Below, piece after piece: positions 36,315 to 47,000 of a DNA stretch of 64,000 nucleotides. Position 1 is the stretch's first letter. Every line of letters starts with the position of its first letter. This stretch comes from an uncultured Melioribacter sp. (GTDB lineage Bacteria; Bacteroidota; Ignavibacteria; Ignavibacteriales; Melioribacteraceae). The notes below the pieces were generated by a model. It did not search any database and was not told where the DNA came from. It saw nothing but the letters and a program-made list of their open reading frames with translations. A program made the translations under genes and the position numbers. The stretch covers positions 13,654 through 77,653 of the forward strand of contig CAYVBQ010000010.1 of assembly GCA_964449775.1 (NCBI GenBank), in the 5' to 3' direction.

Positions 36315-38231
36315 TTAAACGATGTACCTGCCGCGCTTTGTGTAATGAGTATGCAACAATTTGTGAGATTTATGTCCGCAAGGACCATCCGTTAAGAACT
36401 CTTCATAAATTTGAACTACATGAGGATTCTCGTGCGATTTACGAAGCTCAAGAGATTCGTCCTCAGTATAAATAGCTTTTGCTCTTAGCTTACGTATTTC
36501 GGGAGTAGTTGGAATCGGTTGTCCACCACCGCCGATACAACCTCCGGGACAAGCCATAAATTCGATGAAATGACATTCAGAGAATTTACCGCCGGCTTTT
36601 ATATCATCCATAATCTTTTTAGCATTTGCTGTTCCGTGAGCAACAGCTACTTTCAAAGTTGCACCTTTAAGCCAATCCCAATTAGGCACAAGATGTTTGA
36701 TAAGATCCGGAACCGTACCAACTTTATCACCAATCGGAATTTCCATATACTTCACTCCGTCAAATCCGCGTAGAGGAATTATATTGGCATTCTTAAAAAT
36801 ATCTTCAGCTTTTTTGCCGAGAACAAACTCAACAATAGAACGAATTGCTGCCTCCATAACTCCACCAGTCGCACCAAAAATTAATCCTGCACCGGAAGCT
36901 TCTCCGAATGGATTATCAAAATCGCTCTTTGGCATTTCCGGTAAATTAATTCCTGCTTCTCTAATCATTTTAGCCATCTCACGGGTTGTCAAACCGTAAT
37001 CAACATCTTTATAACCACTTGCATTCATTTCAGGTCTGTTGCATTCAAATTTTTTAGCCGAACAAGGCATCAACGCAACTGAAACTACATCAGCAGGATC
37101 AATACCGGCTTTCTGTGCATAAAACGTTTTGATAAGCGCTCCGAACATCTGCTGTGGTGATTTTGCCGAACTCAGATTATCTAAATATTCCGGATAATAA
37201 TGTTCGATGAACTTAACCCAGCCGGGAGAACAAGAGGTGAACTGCGGAAGGGCAACTTCTTCTTTTTGAACAAGTGCTTTATAGAGACGGATTATTAGTT
37301 CTGCCCCCTCTTCAATAATTGTTAAATCGGCTGTAAAATTTGTATCGAAGACTTTATCGAATCCGATTCTCTTCAACGCTGTATTTAATTCTCTGGTCAT
37401 TGAATGACCGGCACCCAATCCAAATTCTTCTCCAATAGCTGCTCTTGGTGAAGGGGCTGTTTGAATGACAACATGTTTCTTAGGATCGTCAATTGCCGCC
37501 CATATTTCATCCGAAGGATCGTTAGCACGTAATGCTGCTGTTGGACATCGGTTAATACATTGTCCGCAATTTATACAAATAACATCGCTCAACGGTTTTT
37601 CTAAGAATGTGCTGATATGTGTCTTGTCTCCGCGGTCCACCGCCTCTAATACCCCGACTTCCTGTAAGTCAATACACGTCCTAACACAGCGTTTGCAGAG
37701 AACGCATTTGCTCATATCTCTGATAACAGAATATGAAGATTTATCAATTTCATATCTTGGTTCTTTTGGATGCCCATAAGTATAGCTATCAACTCCATAC
37801 TCTTTTGCAAGTGATTGAAGTTCACAATTTCCGTTTCTGAAACAGGAATAACATTCTCCATAATGTTCGCTTAACATTAGATCTATAATGTTTCTGCGGG
37901 CTTTGCGAACCATCGGTGTTGATGTTTTAATTTTCATTGGAGCGGTTATCGGATAGGCGCAAGAGGCTTGAAGTGTTCTCATTCCTTCGACTTCAACAAC
38001 ACAAATTCTACAAACACCCGCAACGCAGAGATCCTCATGGTTGCAAAGTGTGGGGATACTAATTCCGCTCATCTTGCAGGCTTCAAGAATTGTAGTACCA
38101 AGAGGAACAGCAATTTTCTTTTCGTTGATTTCAACCGTAACAGTTCCGCCGATTGTAGTTAAATCAGTTGGTTTTTCAATCGTTAACGGTTTTTGACTAA
38201 CCGGCGCTCTCAAATTTCCCTTACTTTCCAT
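36315..38231 (-). CDS. hydA: [FeFe]-hydrogenase catalytic subunit (HydA/HndD-like)
   Basis: An N-terminal 2Fe-2S region and ferredoxin-type Cys clusters are present. The H-cluster motifs are MPCSAKKFE and EFMACPGGCIGGGGQP. The L1 motif reads TSCSPGW, not TSCCPxW. Confidence 0.92.
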   Translation of the reverse strand: MESKGNLRAPVSQKPLTIEKPTDLTTIGGTVTVEINEKKIAVPLGTTILEACKMSGISIPTLCNHEDLCVAGVCRICVVEVEGMRTLQASCAYPITAPMKIKTSTPMVRKARRNIIDLMLSEHYGECYSCFRNGNCELQSLAKEYGVDSYTYGHPKEPRYEIDKSSYSVIRDMSKCVLCKRCVRTCIDLQEVGVLEAVDRGDKTHISTFLEKPLSDVICINCGQCINRCPTAALRANDPSDEIWAAIDDPKKHVVIQTAPSPRAAIGEEFGLGAGHSMTRELNTALKRIGFDKVFDTNFTADLTIIEEGAELIIRLYKALVQKEEVALPQFTSCSPGWVKFIEHYYPEYLDNLSSAKSPQQMFGALIKTFYAQKAGIDPADVVSVALMPCSAKKFECNRPEMNASGYKDVDYGLTTREMAKMIREAGINLPEMPKSDFDNPFGEASGAGLIFGATGGVMEAAIRSIVEFVLGKKAEDIFKNANIIPLRGFDGVKYMEIPIGDKVGTVPDLIKHLVPNWDWLKGATLKVAVAHGTANAKKIMDDIKAGGKFSECHFIEFMACPGGCIGGGGQPIPTTPEIRKLRAKAIYTEDESLELRKSHENPHVVQIYEEFLTDGPCGHKSHKLLHTHYTKRGRYIV

Positions 38232-39420
38232 TGTCTCCTCCGTTACCGTTGAATATTTCTTCCTTAAAATTTTCTAAAATCGAAATGAATGAGTTCGGGC
38301 TCGATTGTCCCAACCCGCATTTAGATGCAACTTGCATAGTGCGTCCAAGGTCTTTCAGTTGATTGATATACGAAAAAGTGTAATTGCCTTTCTCAATCAT
38401 CTCAACACCTTCAAGCAATTTTACATTCCCAATTCTACACGGCGTGCATTGTCCGCACGATTCTTCAACGAAGAATTCCATAAAGTTTTTTAGAACATGC
38501 AGCATGTTTCTGCTTTCATTGAATATTATAATTGATCCGCCGGTTGCGGCATCTTCGTAAGCGAGTGTTCGATCGAATTGAGATATGGGAATACAATTTC
38601 CTGATGCACCTCCCACTTGTACTGCTTTAGTGTTTTTTGCACCAACTAAATCGAGAAGTTCGGAAATTTTTGTTCCCCATGGCAGTTCATAAACGCCCGG
38701 TTTTTCGCAATCACCGGAGACAGAAAATAATTTTGAACCGGATGATTTATCAGTTCCATGTTTTTTAAACCATTCTCCCCCTTTGTTAATAATATGAGGA
38801 ATTGCTGCAAGCGTTTCTACATTGTTAACGGTTGTGGGTCTTCCCAAATATCCTGTTGTCACAGGAAATGGCGGACGGTTACGTGCTTCACCACGGTTTC
38901 CTTCGAGCGATTCAATTAAAGCTGTCTCTTCTCCGCATATATAGGCTCCGCTTCCCATTCTAATTTTGATATCAAAATTGAATCCCTTTTTTCCTACAAT
39001 ATTATTTCCAAGCAAATTATCTTTCTTCATCATTTCAAGATAATCTTCCGAAGATTTTTTCATGTATTCATATTCGCCTCGAAGATAAACAATTCCATTC
39101 TTCGCACCGATAACATATGCAGCGATGACCATTCCGTCGAAGACTAATTCGGGATATTCAAGAAGAAGAACGCGATCTTTAAATGTTCCCGGCTCTCCTT
39201 CGTCGGCATTGCAGATAATAAATTTATCATCGGAAGTTGCAGCCGCTACCAGCATCCACTTTGTGGCGGTTGGAAAACCTGCACCGCCTCTCCCTTTTAA
39301 TTTTGATTCGCGTATCTCAAACAAAATATCTTCTCGAGATTTAGCAATGGCATTTTTAATTCCTTCTCCTCTTTGATACCCGGAGAATAAGACCGCTCCT
39401 TTTCTTTTATTCTTTTCCAT
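38221..39420 (-). CDS. hydB: NuoF-like NAD(P)H/FMN-binding hydrogenase subunit (short form, 399 aa)
   Basis: The motifs GRGGAGFPTATKW, NADEGEPGTF and ESCGQCTPCR are present. It lacks the extra N- and C-terminal Fe-S domains seen in longer HydB proteins. Confidence 0.9.
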   Translation of the reverse strand: MEKNKRKGAVLFSGYQRGEGIKNAIAKSREDILFEIRESKLKGRGGAGFPTATKWMLVAAATSDDKFIICNADEGEPGTFKDRVLLLEYPELVFDGMVIAAYVIGAKNGIVYLRGEYEYMKKSSEDYLEMMKKDNLLGNNIVGKKGFNFDIKIRMGSGAYICGEETALIESLEGNRGEARNRPPFPVTTGYLGRPTTVNNVETLAAIPHIINKGGEWFKKHGTDKSSGSKLFSVSGDCEKPGVYELPWGTKISELLDLVGAKNTKAVQVGGASGNCIPISQFDRTLAYEDAATGGSIIIFNESRNMLHVLKNFMEFFVEESCGQCTPCRIGNVKLLEGVEMIEKGNYTFSYINQLKDLGRTMQVASKCGLGQSSPNSFISILENFKEEIFNGNGGDNGK

Positions 39421-39422
39421 AA

Positions 39423-39896
39423 TTATTTCACCTCGCTAAGAATTTGAACAGCTTTTTCCGGTGTAACTTTTGGATAAACTCTTTCATTAATCAATACAGC
39501 CGGACCTTGATCGCACATACCAAGACAGTTTACATACTCGAGAGTAAATTTGTTATCCTTGGTCGTTTCTCCGAATTTTATTCCGAGTTCTCTTTCAAGC
39601 GCTTTAGCAATACCAGTTTTTCCAGCCATATCACAGGTGATTGTTTGACACAAACGAACAATGTTTCGTCCCTTCGGATTTGTATTTAGAAAGGAATAGA
39701 ATGTTATTACACTGTAAACTTCAACAGGATGGATATCAAGCAAACGAGCAACTTCTTGCTGGGCGAAATCAGGAATATACTTGTGTTTTCTCTGTATATC
39801 CTGAAGTATTGGAAGGAGCGATGAACGAGACTTACCATATTCTTCAACAAGCTGTTCAATTTCTTCAGTCATTGCATTTTTTTCTAAAACTAACAT
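39423..39896 (-). CDS. hydC: NuoE-like 2Fe-2S thioredoxin-fold hydrogenase subunit
   Basis: It carries the CQTITCDMAG ... CLGMCDQGPA cysteine pattern. Confidence 0.9.
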   Translation of the reverse strand: MLVLEKNAMTEEIEQLVEEYGKSRSSLLPILQDIQRKHKYIPDFAQQEVARLLDIHPVEVYSVITFYSFLNTNPKGRNIVRLCQTITCDMAGKTGIAKALERELGIKFGETTKDNKFTLEYVNCLGMCDQGPAVLINERVYPKVTPEKAVQILSEVK

Positions 39897-40291
39897 TAGC
39901 GTTTCTCCTCCACTTTGTGCAACAATGCTTCAACTTTTTTAACAAGCTCGTCAGGTGAAATCGGTTTTTCAACAAAATCATCAACAGGTACCATTTCGCT
40001 TTTCCCGTAATCCAAACCGATTGCCTTTGAAACTGAAGTGTACATCAAGATTGGTGTTGTAATTTTTTCTTTTCGAAATTTTTGTGCAAGGAAAAATCCA
40101 TCATCCGGTTCATCCATCATAACATCAAGAATAATCAAATCCGGTTTCTTCTCTTTTACGATTTTGTATCCGTCAGAAGGATTATTGGCAGTTATTACAT
40201 TATATCCTTTAGACTTCAAAACTAAACTGCTCGCATCAAGAATATCCGGATCATCATCAATTATTGCTACTAGTACCATGCTACTCTCCAT
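39896..40291 (-). CDS. stand-alone response regulator receiver protein
   Basis: DDDPDI, the phospho-acceptor context LIILDVMMD and the downstream KP are present. There is no output domain. Confidence 0.88.
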   Translation of the reverse strand: MESSMVLVAIIDDDPDILDASSLVLKSKGYNVITANNPSDGYKIVKEKKPDLIILDVMMDEPDDGFFLAQKFRKEKITTPILMYTSVSKAIGLDYGKSEMVPVDDFVEKPISPDELVKKVEALLHKVEEKR

Positions 40292-40294
40292 TTG

Positions 40295-40498
40295 TTAATT
40301 AGTATTTATTGGTAAGTTAATTATGAATGTCGTTCCACTACCATATTCTGATTCTTCTTGTGGGATTTTTCCATTATCCTTTATCTGAATAGACTGGATT
40401 AAAATAGTTGTTTTCACTTCGAAGAAAAAGAGAACTTTTTTAAATTGTGCTCCAAAAATTAGATTTCTCAAAAGAAAAACTGGCTCTGCCAAATGCAT
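40295..40498 (-). CDS. 67-aa histidine-kinase-like ATPase fragment (mini or degenerate HATPase_c)
   Basis: An N-box-like LLRNLIFGA, then IQIKDNGKIP, then GSGTTFIINLP. The ATP-lid/G2 region between the DNG box and the C-terminal strand is absent. Confidence 0.45.
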   Translation of the reverse strand: MHLAEPVFLLRNLIFGAQFKKVLFFFEVKTTILIQSIQIKDNGKIPQEESEYGSGTTFIINLPINTN

Positions 40499-40559
40499 TC
40501 CTTAGGGAGAAATAATAGTTCATTTATTAAGCAATAATTTTTTTCAATAAAACTTTTCA

Positions 40560-41048
40560 TTAAAAATTCGCCGTTTGTTCAATTTTGCTTTTCATTGTAT
40601 CCGTTTTCCGATACTTCGCCAATATCTTAGGAATTTCCTTGATCACTGCTCTTCCACAATAATCTTCATTAATATTTATTACGGGAGCTATGCTGCACGC
40701 GCCAATACACGCTACAGTCTCAAGCGTAAAAACTTTATCGCGCGTTGTTTGTCCAGCTTTTATTCCTAGTTCACTTTCGAGGGCAGTAAGAATATTAGCT
40801 GAATTTTTGACATGACAAGCTGTTCCTCTACAAACTCGAATTATGTTTTTACCAAGCGGGGTCAACCGGAATTGATTATAGAAGGTAGTAACTCCGTACA
40901 CCGTACTAAGAGGTATATTTACATACTTTGCAATAGTACGAAGATCTTCTTCAGGTAAATATCCATATACTTCCTGAACTTCTTGCAGCAATGCGATTAA
41001 ATTACTTCTATCTTTGGGCAGGTAATTTTCTAAAATTTTTATCTGCAT
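40560..41048 (-). CDS. second NuoE-like 2Fe-2S protein
   Basis: It carries the CRGTACHVKN ... CIGACSIAP cysteine pattern and is the first gene of the hydrogenase string. Confidence 0.88.
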   Translation of the reverse strand: MQIKILENYLPKDRSNLIALLQEVQEVYGYLPEEDLRTIAKYVNIPLSTVYGVTTFYNQFRLTPLGKNIIRVCRGTACHVKNSANILTALESELGIKAGQTTRDKVFTLETVACIGACSIAPVININEDYCGRAVIKEIPKILAKYRKTDTMKSKIEQTANF

Positions 41049-41297
41049 TATTCTCTCACTAATTATTCCAACTTTGCTATGCCTCTTTTCATATTATATG
41101 CCAATGATAGGACATATTAATGCTCTAATTTCTTTGAAAAACGAAGTTTTTAGAGATACAATCAGGATTTATTTCCTAAGTATGAGAATGAATTTCTTTT
41201 ATCTTGAAATGAATTAATAAGCTATAGAGAGATCTCGATTATTTTGGAATAAAACCGAGATAATATTATAGAAGTAGAATTTTGATCATCGAAAAGA

Positions 41298-41400
41298 ATG
41301 AGTCTCCTCTAAAAAGGTATTTATGCCAAAAATAAGTTTTGAAATTTTACCATATTCCAACATCAAAATTATAAAATAGACCTTTTTAGATACGCCTCAT
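41298..41400 (-). repeat. inverted-repeat element copy 2
   Basis: The minus strand reads ATGAGGCGTATCTAAAAAGGTCTATT ... TACCTTTTTAGAGGAGACTCAT, matching 25724-25825. It lies about 250 nt upstream of the hydrogenase operon start. Confidence 0.7.
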
Positions 41401-41417
41401 GAATATTTAGGTAGTAA

Positions 41418-41918
41418 TCATTTAAGAGTCTTTTGAAGGTTCTTATTTTTTTTTAAGACATCTCTTTCCATTCTCTTTTTATATTGAAATAGTTTCTCAG
41501 AAAGATCAGAATTAGATAATGCCAAAATCTGAATGGACAACAAAGCTGCATTACTAGCGCCATCAACAGCTACTGTTGCTACAGGTACTCCTAATGGCAT
41601 TTGGACGATTGAAAGGAGTGAATCTAAACCTTTCAGAATTTTTGTTTGAACCGGAACACCAATGACAGGTAATGAGGTAAATGCTGCTGTCATACCTGGT
41701 AAATGAGCAGCCCCACCTGCACCTGCTATTATAACTTTTAATCCCCTCTTAACTGCACTCTCGGCATATTTTTTCATTTTTGCAGGAGTTCTATGAGCAG
41801 AAACAATATGCACTTCATATTCAACATTAAACTCTTTGCACACCTCAACTGCTTTTTCCATCACGGGATAATCCGAATCGCTTCCCATGATTATTCCAAT
41901 TAAAGGTTTCTTTGCCAT
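41418..41918 (-). CDS. purE: N5-carboxyaminoimidazole ribonucleotide mutase
   Basis: The segments [14 protein letters not shown] and AGGAAHLPG are present. Confidence 0.94.
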   Translation of the reverse strand: MAKKPLIGIIMGSDSDYPVMEKAVEVCKEFNVEYEVHIVSAHRTPAKMKKYAESAVKRGLKVIIAGAGGAAHLPGMTAAFTSLPVIGVPVQTKILKGLDSLLSIVQMPLGVPVATVAVDGASNAALLSIQILALSNSDLSEKLFQYKKRMERDVLKKNKNLQKTLK

Positions 41919-41925
41919 AATTCAC

Positions 41926-43068
41926 CTAGTAGATTAATTTTTGTTCAGCTTTTTTAGCACGGTTAATTAGATCATCTAAATCTTCACCAACAAATGTAAT
42001 GTGTCCTAACTTTCTTCCATTTCTGCTCTCACTCTTTCCATATAAATGAACATGAGCATCTTCAACTTTCAAAACATCTTTTAGATTATTAGGCTCTGGT
42101 AGACCATTTGTCTTTCCCAATAAATTAATCATAACTGCATAAGGCTTTACCATTTTTGTAGAACCTAAAGGCAAACCAAATACGGCTCTAACATGATTTT
42201 CAAATTGAGAGGTATAACAAGCTTCAATTGTATAGTGCCCGCTGTTGTGAGGCCTTGGCGCCATTTCATTTACTAGAACTTTTCCATCATCGGTTAAAAA
42301 CATTTCGATTCCATAAATGCCGATACCATCTACAGTTTTGACACATTTTACCGCTATCTCATCCGCTTCTTTTTTAATTTCCTCTTTAATTTGCGCCGGA
42401 GCTAAAACTAAATGGCATACGTGATTCTTCTGAATTGTTTCAACAACGGGATAAACAGCAGTTTCCTTTTTGGTTCTAACAACCATCACGGCAAGTTCTT
42501 TTGTAAAGTTTACAAATTCTTCAGCAAGCAATGCGATGTGACGTGTGCTTAATTTCTTCAATGCATCATGGAATTCAGCCACATTTTCAACCAATGCATT
42601 CCCGTAACCATCATAACCCAGCTTTCTGGATTTAACTATGAATTTGCTTCCTAAAACTTTTGAGAGACTCTCATAAGTACTGTTTGTTTTCACTTCTAAA
42701 AACTTAGGTACAGGAATTCTTTTTTTTTCTAAAGATTTCTTTTGAAGAAACTTATCCTGTATTAATGAGATTGTTTTTGGCGAAGGTAATACCTGAACTC
42801 CAAATTCTTCTACCTGTTCCAGATAATGATGATCAATAAACTCATTTTCCAAAGTAACAATATCGCATTCGGCAGAAAATTTTTTTAGAATTGATTTATC
42901 TTCTACCCATCCGACAAATTCTTTATGAGTTAACTGACCTGCCGGAGAATTCTTTTGTTTCTCTAAAATTGCAACATCAAATCCAAGTTTATATGCTTGA
43001 TATGCCGACATTCTTGCAAGCTGCCCGCCGCCTAATATCCCAACACATTTTCTATTCTTTGAAGTCAT
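41926..43068 (-). CDS. purK: N5-carboxyaminoimidazole ribonucleotide synthase
   Basis: An ATP-grasp protein with GILGGGQLARM, GYDGYG and EMAPRPHNSGH. Confidence 0.93.
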   Translation of the reverse strand: MTSKNRKCVGILGGGQLARMSAYQAYKLGFDVAILEKQKNSPAGQLTHKEFVGWVEDKSILKKFSAECDIVTLENEFIDHHYLEQVEEFGVQVLPSPKTISLIQDKFLQKKSLEKKRIPVPKFLEVKTNSTYESLSKVLGSKFIVKSRKLGYDGYGNALVENVAEFHDALKKLSTRHIALLAEEFVNFTKELAVMVVRTKKETAVYPVVETIQKNHVCHLVLAPAQIKEEIKKEADEIAVKCVKTVDGIGIYGIEMFLTDDGKVLVNEMAPRPHNSGHYTIEACYTSQFENHVRAVFGLPLGSTKMVKPYAVMINLLGKTNGLPEPNNLKDVLKVEDAHVHLYGKSESRNGRKLGHITFVGEDLDDLINRAKKAEQKLIY

Positions 43069-43185
43069 ATTCTTATTTGATTTTGATACGTGGAAAATAA
43101 ATGCTCAAGAGTTAAAAACCAATTTAAATCAGTTTTTAACCTGTTAATATTACTATAAATCGATGGTCTTATTCAAAAAAGATAG

Positions 43186-43222
43186 GAACAAAAAAAGCGG
43201 AATCATTACCACTCATTCCGCT
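43186..43222 (-). terminator. intrinsic terminator after the GIN-domain gene
   Basis: The minus-strand stem AGCGGAAT..ATTCCGCT is followed by UUUUUUU. Confidence 0.7.
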
Positions 43223-43242
43223 TTAGTGAAAAATCATAAAAA

Positions 43243-43890
43243 CTATTTTCTTGTAATTGAACCTACGCCGGATATATTCGTTTTAGTTTTCTCCGGGTTT
43301 CCATAATAATTTATGGAGCCAACACCCGATACAGACGCATCCAAATATTTTGTTGCATAAACATCCGCACTTGCCGCACCACTTACTGAGATTCTAACTT
43401 CGCTTGCTTTCAAATATCTCGAATCAATATTTCCTGCACCGGAAAGCTCGATACGAAGTTTCTCAACTTCCCCTTTTAAATCAACATTGCCCGCCCCGCT
43501 TAACTCTATATTGAATTCTGCCCCGGAAATATCTTCAACCTCAACATTATTAGCACCAGAAATTTCTAAATCTGAAAGAGATGGTGTGGTAATCTCAATT
43601 CTAATTTCTTTGCGAGGAGAAATATTCTTTTTAGTCTCTATTACAAGAGTGTTTCCTTTTACAGTTGTCCGAATATAACCGAGTAAATTTTCTTCGGCGG
43701 ATATTCTAACCGATGTTGCTGGTCCAACCTTAACATGAATCGAAAACGCGCCGCCAGCTTCTATTTTTCGAAACTCAGTGACTTTACGTAATTCATCCCG
43801 CATTCTGCCATTACCACGCACTCCCCAAAAACCACAGCCTGTTAAAACAAACCCGATCAATAATGCAAATAAGATTAACTTGGTTTTCAT
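43243..43890 (-). CDS. head GIN domain (DUF2807) lipoprotein
   Basis: It has a lipobox LTGCG and repeated GAGN/GSGS beta-strand units. GGAGG lies 7 nt upstream of ATG 43890. Confidence 0.8.
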   Translation of the reverse strand: MKTKLILFALLIGFVLTGCGFWGVRGNGRMRDELRKVTEFRKIEAGGAFSIHVKVGPATSVRISAEENLLGYIRTTVKGNTLVIETKKNISPRKEIRIEITTPSLSDLEISGANNVEVEDISGAEFNIELSGAGNVDLKGEVEKLRIELSGAGNIDSRYLKASEVRISVSGAASADVYATKYLDASVSGVGSINYYGNPEKTKTNISGVGSITRK

Positions 43891-44046
43891 AAATACCTCC
43901 AACTTTGTTTAATTAGACGCCTTTAATCCGATTTGGTTCTGAAAAAATAAAATCTATTGACGGAATGATTTCAGTAAATCAGTTTAAGTTATTATATTAA
44001 CTTTACAAAAATAATAATAACATTTTAATAATCTATTTGGAATAGA

Positions 44047-47000
44047 TTGCTCGACGAAGAACTAAATACTTTGCAATCAGAAGCTTACGATCATTTATGG
44101 AATGGTAGATTTCGCCTTGCATTAAATTGCGCGGAAAAGGTTTATCAGTCTCGACCGGATGACAGTGAAGCAGCCATTTGTTATGCATGGGCTTTGTTGG
44201 AAAATGGTAATCCTATGAAAGCTATGGACTATGCAAACCTATCAGTTGAATTAAAAGGAGATTCGATCAAGGCACGTGTGTATCGAGCTTATCTTCTTTA
44301 TAGGATGAGTATTTTTGAAGGGGCTATTGCAGATACCGACCAGTCAATTGATAAACAAAAAGAAATTCTTGCGTGGACGTATCTAAACCGTTCAAAATCT
44401 TTTGCTGGACTTCAAAAATTTGAAGAAGCCGGAAGTGCAATTGAGCTTGCGTTAATTATAGATAATGGAAAAAATCCTTCATGGAAAGAGATGCGCGAGT
44501 GGCTGAATCTGGCAAATCAAATTTATACCGGAAAGAAACAGATCAGTTCAAAGAATATTCACGGAATTTTAGAAACCGCAAATAAAGCTATTAAAGCAAA
44601 AGAATATTGGTTTTCTCTTTTTTGCGCCCGAAAAGTTTTGGAAAAAATTAAGAGCGAAGAGGCGGAACTGGTTGAACTCGAATCTATGCTTTATCTATTT
44701 CAACTTAAGCCTGCTTTAAAAAAAGCTGAATCTTTGATAAATAAGTTTAGGAAGAATGAAAGATTCAACAGTATCCACAATGCACTTAAAAAATTCTCTC
44801 AGCTGGAACAAGAGTATGATATACATACCGAACCTCTGCAAAAATCCACTAGAGAGCTTGCAAGATCATCCACAACTGTTTCTGATGCTCCCTATAAAAC
44901 TGATTCTATCCACTACCCGAACGAATTTGTTGAGATCAATTCATTAAAACTGTATGACGCAATTGAGGAATCTAGAACCGGCTCACGTAAATACCTTAAA
45001 GGATTTGGAAAATCCGTTCGCAAAGTTGCTGCTGAAATCATTTTCAATAATCCGTTCTTCAAAGACGCAGATAAAATTTTTAGTTGCTCAGTAGTTTGGT
45101 ATTTAAACGATTTTGAGATTGGGCGAAATGATTTTCAGATGAATGTCCGTAGTGATTGGGACTCTGTAATTTTTGTCCAAACTTTGGGTTCAGAAAACTC
45201 TGATTTTATGAAATCCGGGCAAGCTCGTTTCGAATTCTACGTCAACAATTTCAAATGCGGCGAGAAATATTTTGGTATTGGTAGCCATACTATTTTGGAG
45301 ACTGATGAAAAGCGAATTACACCTCAAATTAAGACTGACCAGAAACAACCGGAACAACAATCGACTAAGATTCGACAACCAAGAACTACAAAATCTTTGA
45401 AAGAACTTCTCGAAGAATTGGATAGCTTCACCGGACTTGATAGTATAAAAGAAGCAGTAAAAAGTTTTGTTTCTTATCTGGAATTTTTGAAAGACCGAAA
45501 GCGTCTTGGTTTAAAAGCCGAAGATAAAATTGCAATTAATGCTGTTTTTCTTGGAAACCCGGGCACCGGTAAAACAACTGTTGCACGCATGCTCGGAGAT
45601 ATTTTTTTCGCAATGGGAATTCTTCCGAACGGACACGTGGTTGAAGTTGACCGCTCTGCTCTGGTTGGACAATATATTGGTGAAACCGCTCAAAAGACAG
45701 AAAAAGTAATTAGTGACTCCATAGGGGGAGTTCTTTTTGTTGACGAGGCTTACACTCTGATAAAAAAAGGCGGAGGACAGGATTTCGGACAAGAAGCGAT
45801 TGATATTCTTTTGAAAAGAATGGAAGATCGCAAAGGCGAATTTGTTGTAATTGCAGCAGGTTACCCTGAAGAGATGGAATCTTTTCTGAATTCTAATCCA
45901 GGCTTGAAATCTCGTTTCACTCAAACTTTTGTATTCGAAGATTATTCTCCCGATGAATTAATAATTATTTTCAAACAATTGTTGAAGAGAGAAGATTATG
46001 CAATAACTTCTCAAGCAGAAGAATTATTGAAGAAAGAATTTATTTCTCTTTATAGAGGTAGAGACAAAACTTTTGGGAATGCCCGACTTGCTCGAAAATT
46101 ATTCGATGAAGCAAAACGAAATCTAAGTAAATTTTGTTTAGCTCTTCCCGAAGAAAAAAGAACAAAAGAATTGATCACTACTTTTACCGAAGAAGTGATC
46201 AAAGCAACTCTCACGAGAAGGACTTCCCAAGCAGTCATATTACCAATTAATGAAGAAGCATTGAATGAAGCTTTAAAAGAATTGAATAGCTTAGTTGGAT
46301 TAGATAATCTAAAAAAAGAAGTTAACGATATGGTGAAACTTGCCCGCTACTTTAACGAGCAGGGCGAAGACATTAAAAAAGTTTTTAACGAACACATTCT
46401 TTTTCTCGGAAATCCCGGTACGGGCAAGACAACCGTTGCAAGAATTTTTGGACGTATTTATTCTGCGCTTGCAATATTATCCAAGGGACACATTGTAGAA
46501 ACCGATAGACAAGGATTAGTTGCCGGGTATGTTGGTCAGACCGCAGAAAAAACTACTGTTATGATCGACAAATCACTTGGCGGAATGTTGTTTATTGATG
46601 AGGCTTACGCTCTAGTGAAATCAAATGACTCAGGGAGTGATTTCGGAAAAGAAGCAATAGATATTTTGTTGAAACGAATGGAAGATGATCGTGGCAAATT
46701 TATTGTGATTTCCGCTGGTTACACAGATGAAATGCTTCGTTTCGTTGCTAGTAATCCGGGAATTCAATCGCGCTTTAGTAAATCATTTACTTTTGAAGAC
46801 TACTCTTCCTCTGAATTACTTGAGATAGCGCATAGATCTTTAAATCGTGAAAAGAAAAAAATATCTAAAGAAGCTGAAGATAGGTTAAAAAAACATTTCG
46901 AAGAGCTTTATAAGAACCGTGATAAAAAATTCGGTAACGCACGTATCGTTCGAAATATTTTGGATTCAGTAAAACAAAAAATGCTTTTGCGACTTTCAGA

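Noticed and set aside
43110-43142. Perfect 9-bp AT-rich hairpin GTTAAAAAC..GTTTTTAAC upstream of purK as a regulatory element
   Set aside because: I know of no purine riboswitch features here (no conserved junction or loop motifs). AT-rich stems of this size are expected by chance in AT-rich intergenic DNA.
45511-45924. 137-aa minus-strand ORF inside the TPR-AAA gene, plus similar shadows at 45190-45378, 46050-46238 and 47743-47946
   Set aside because: They are antisense to a gene with three clear AAA modules and have no motifs of their own.
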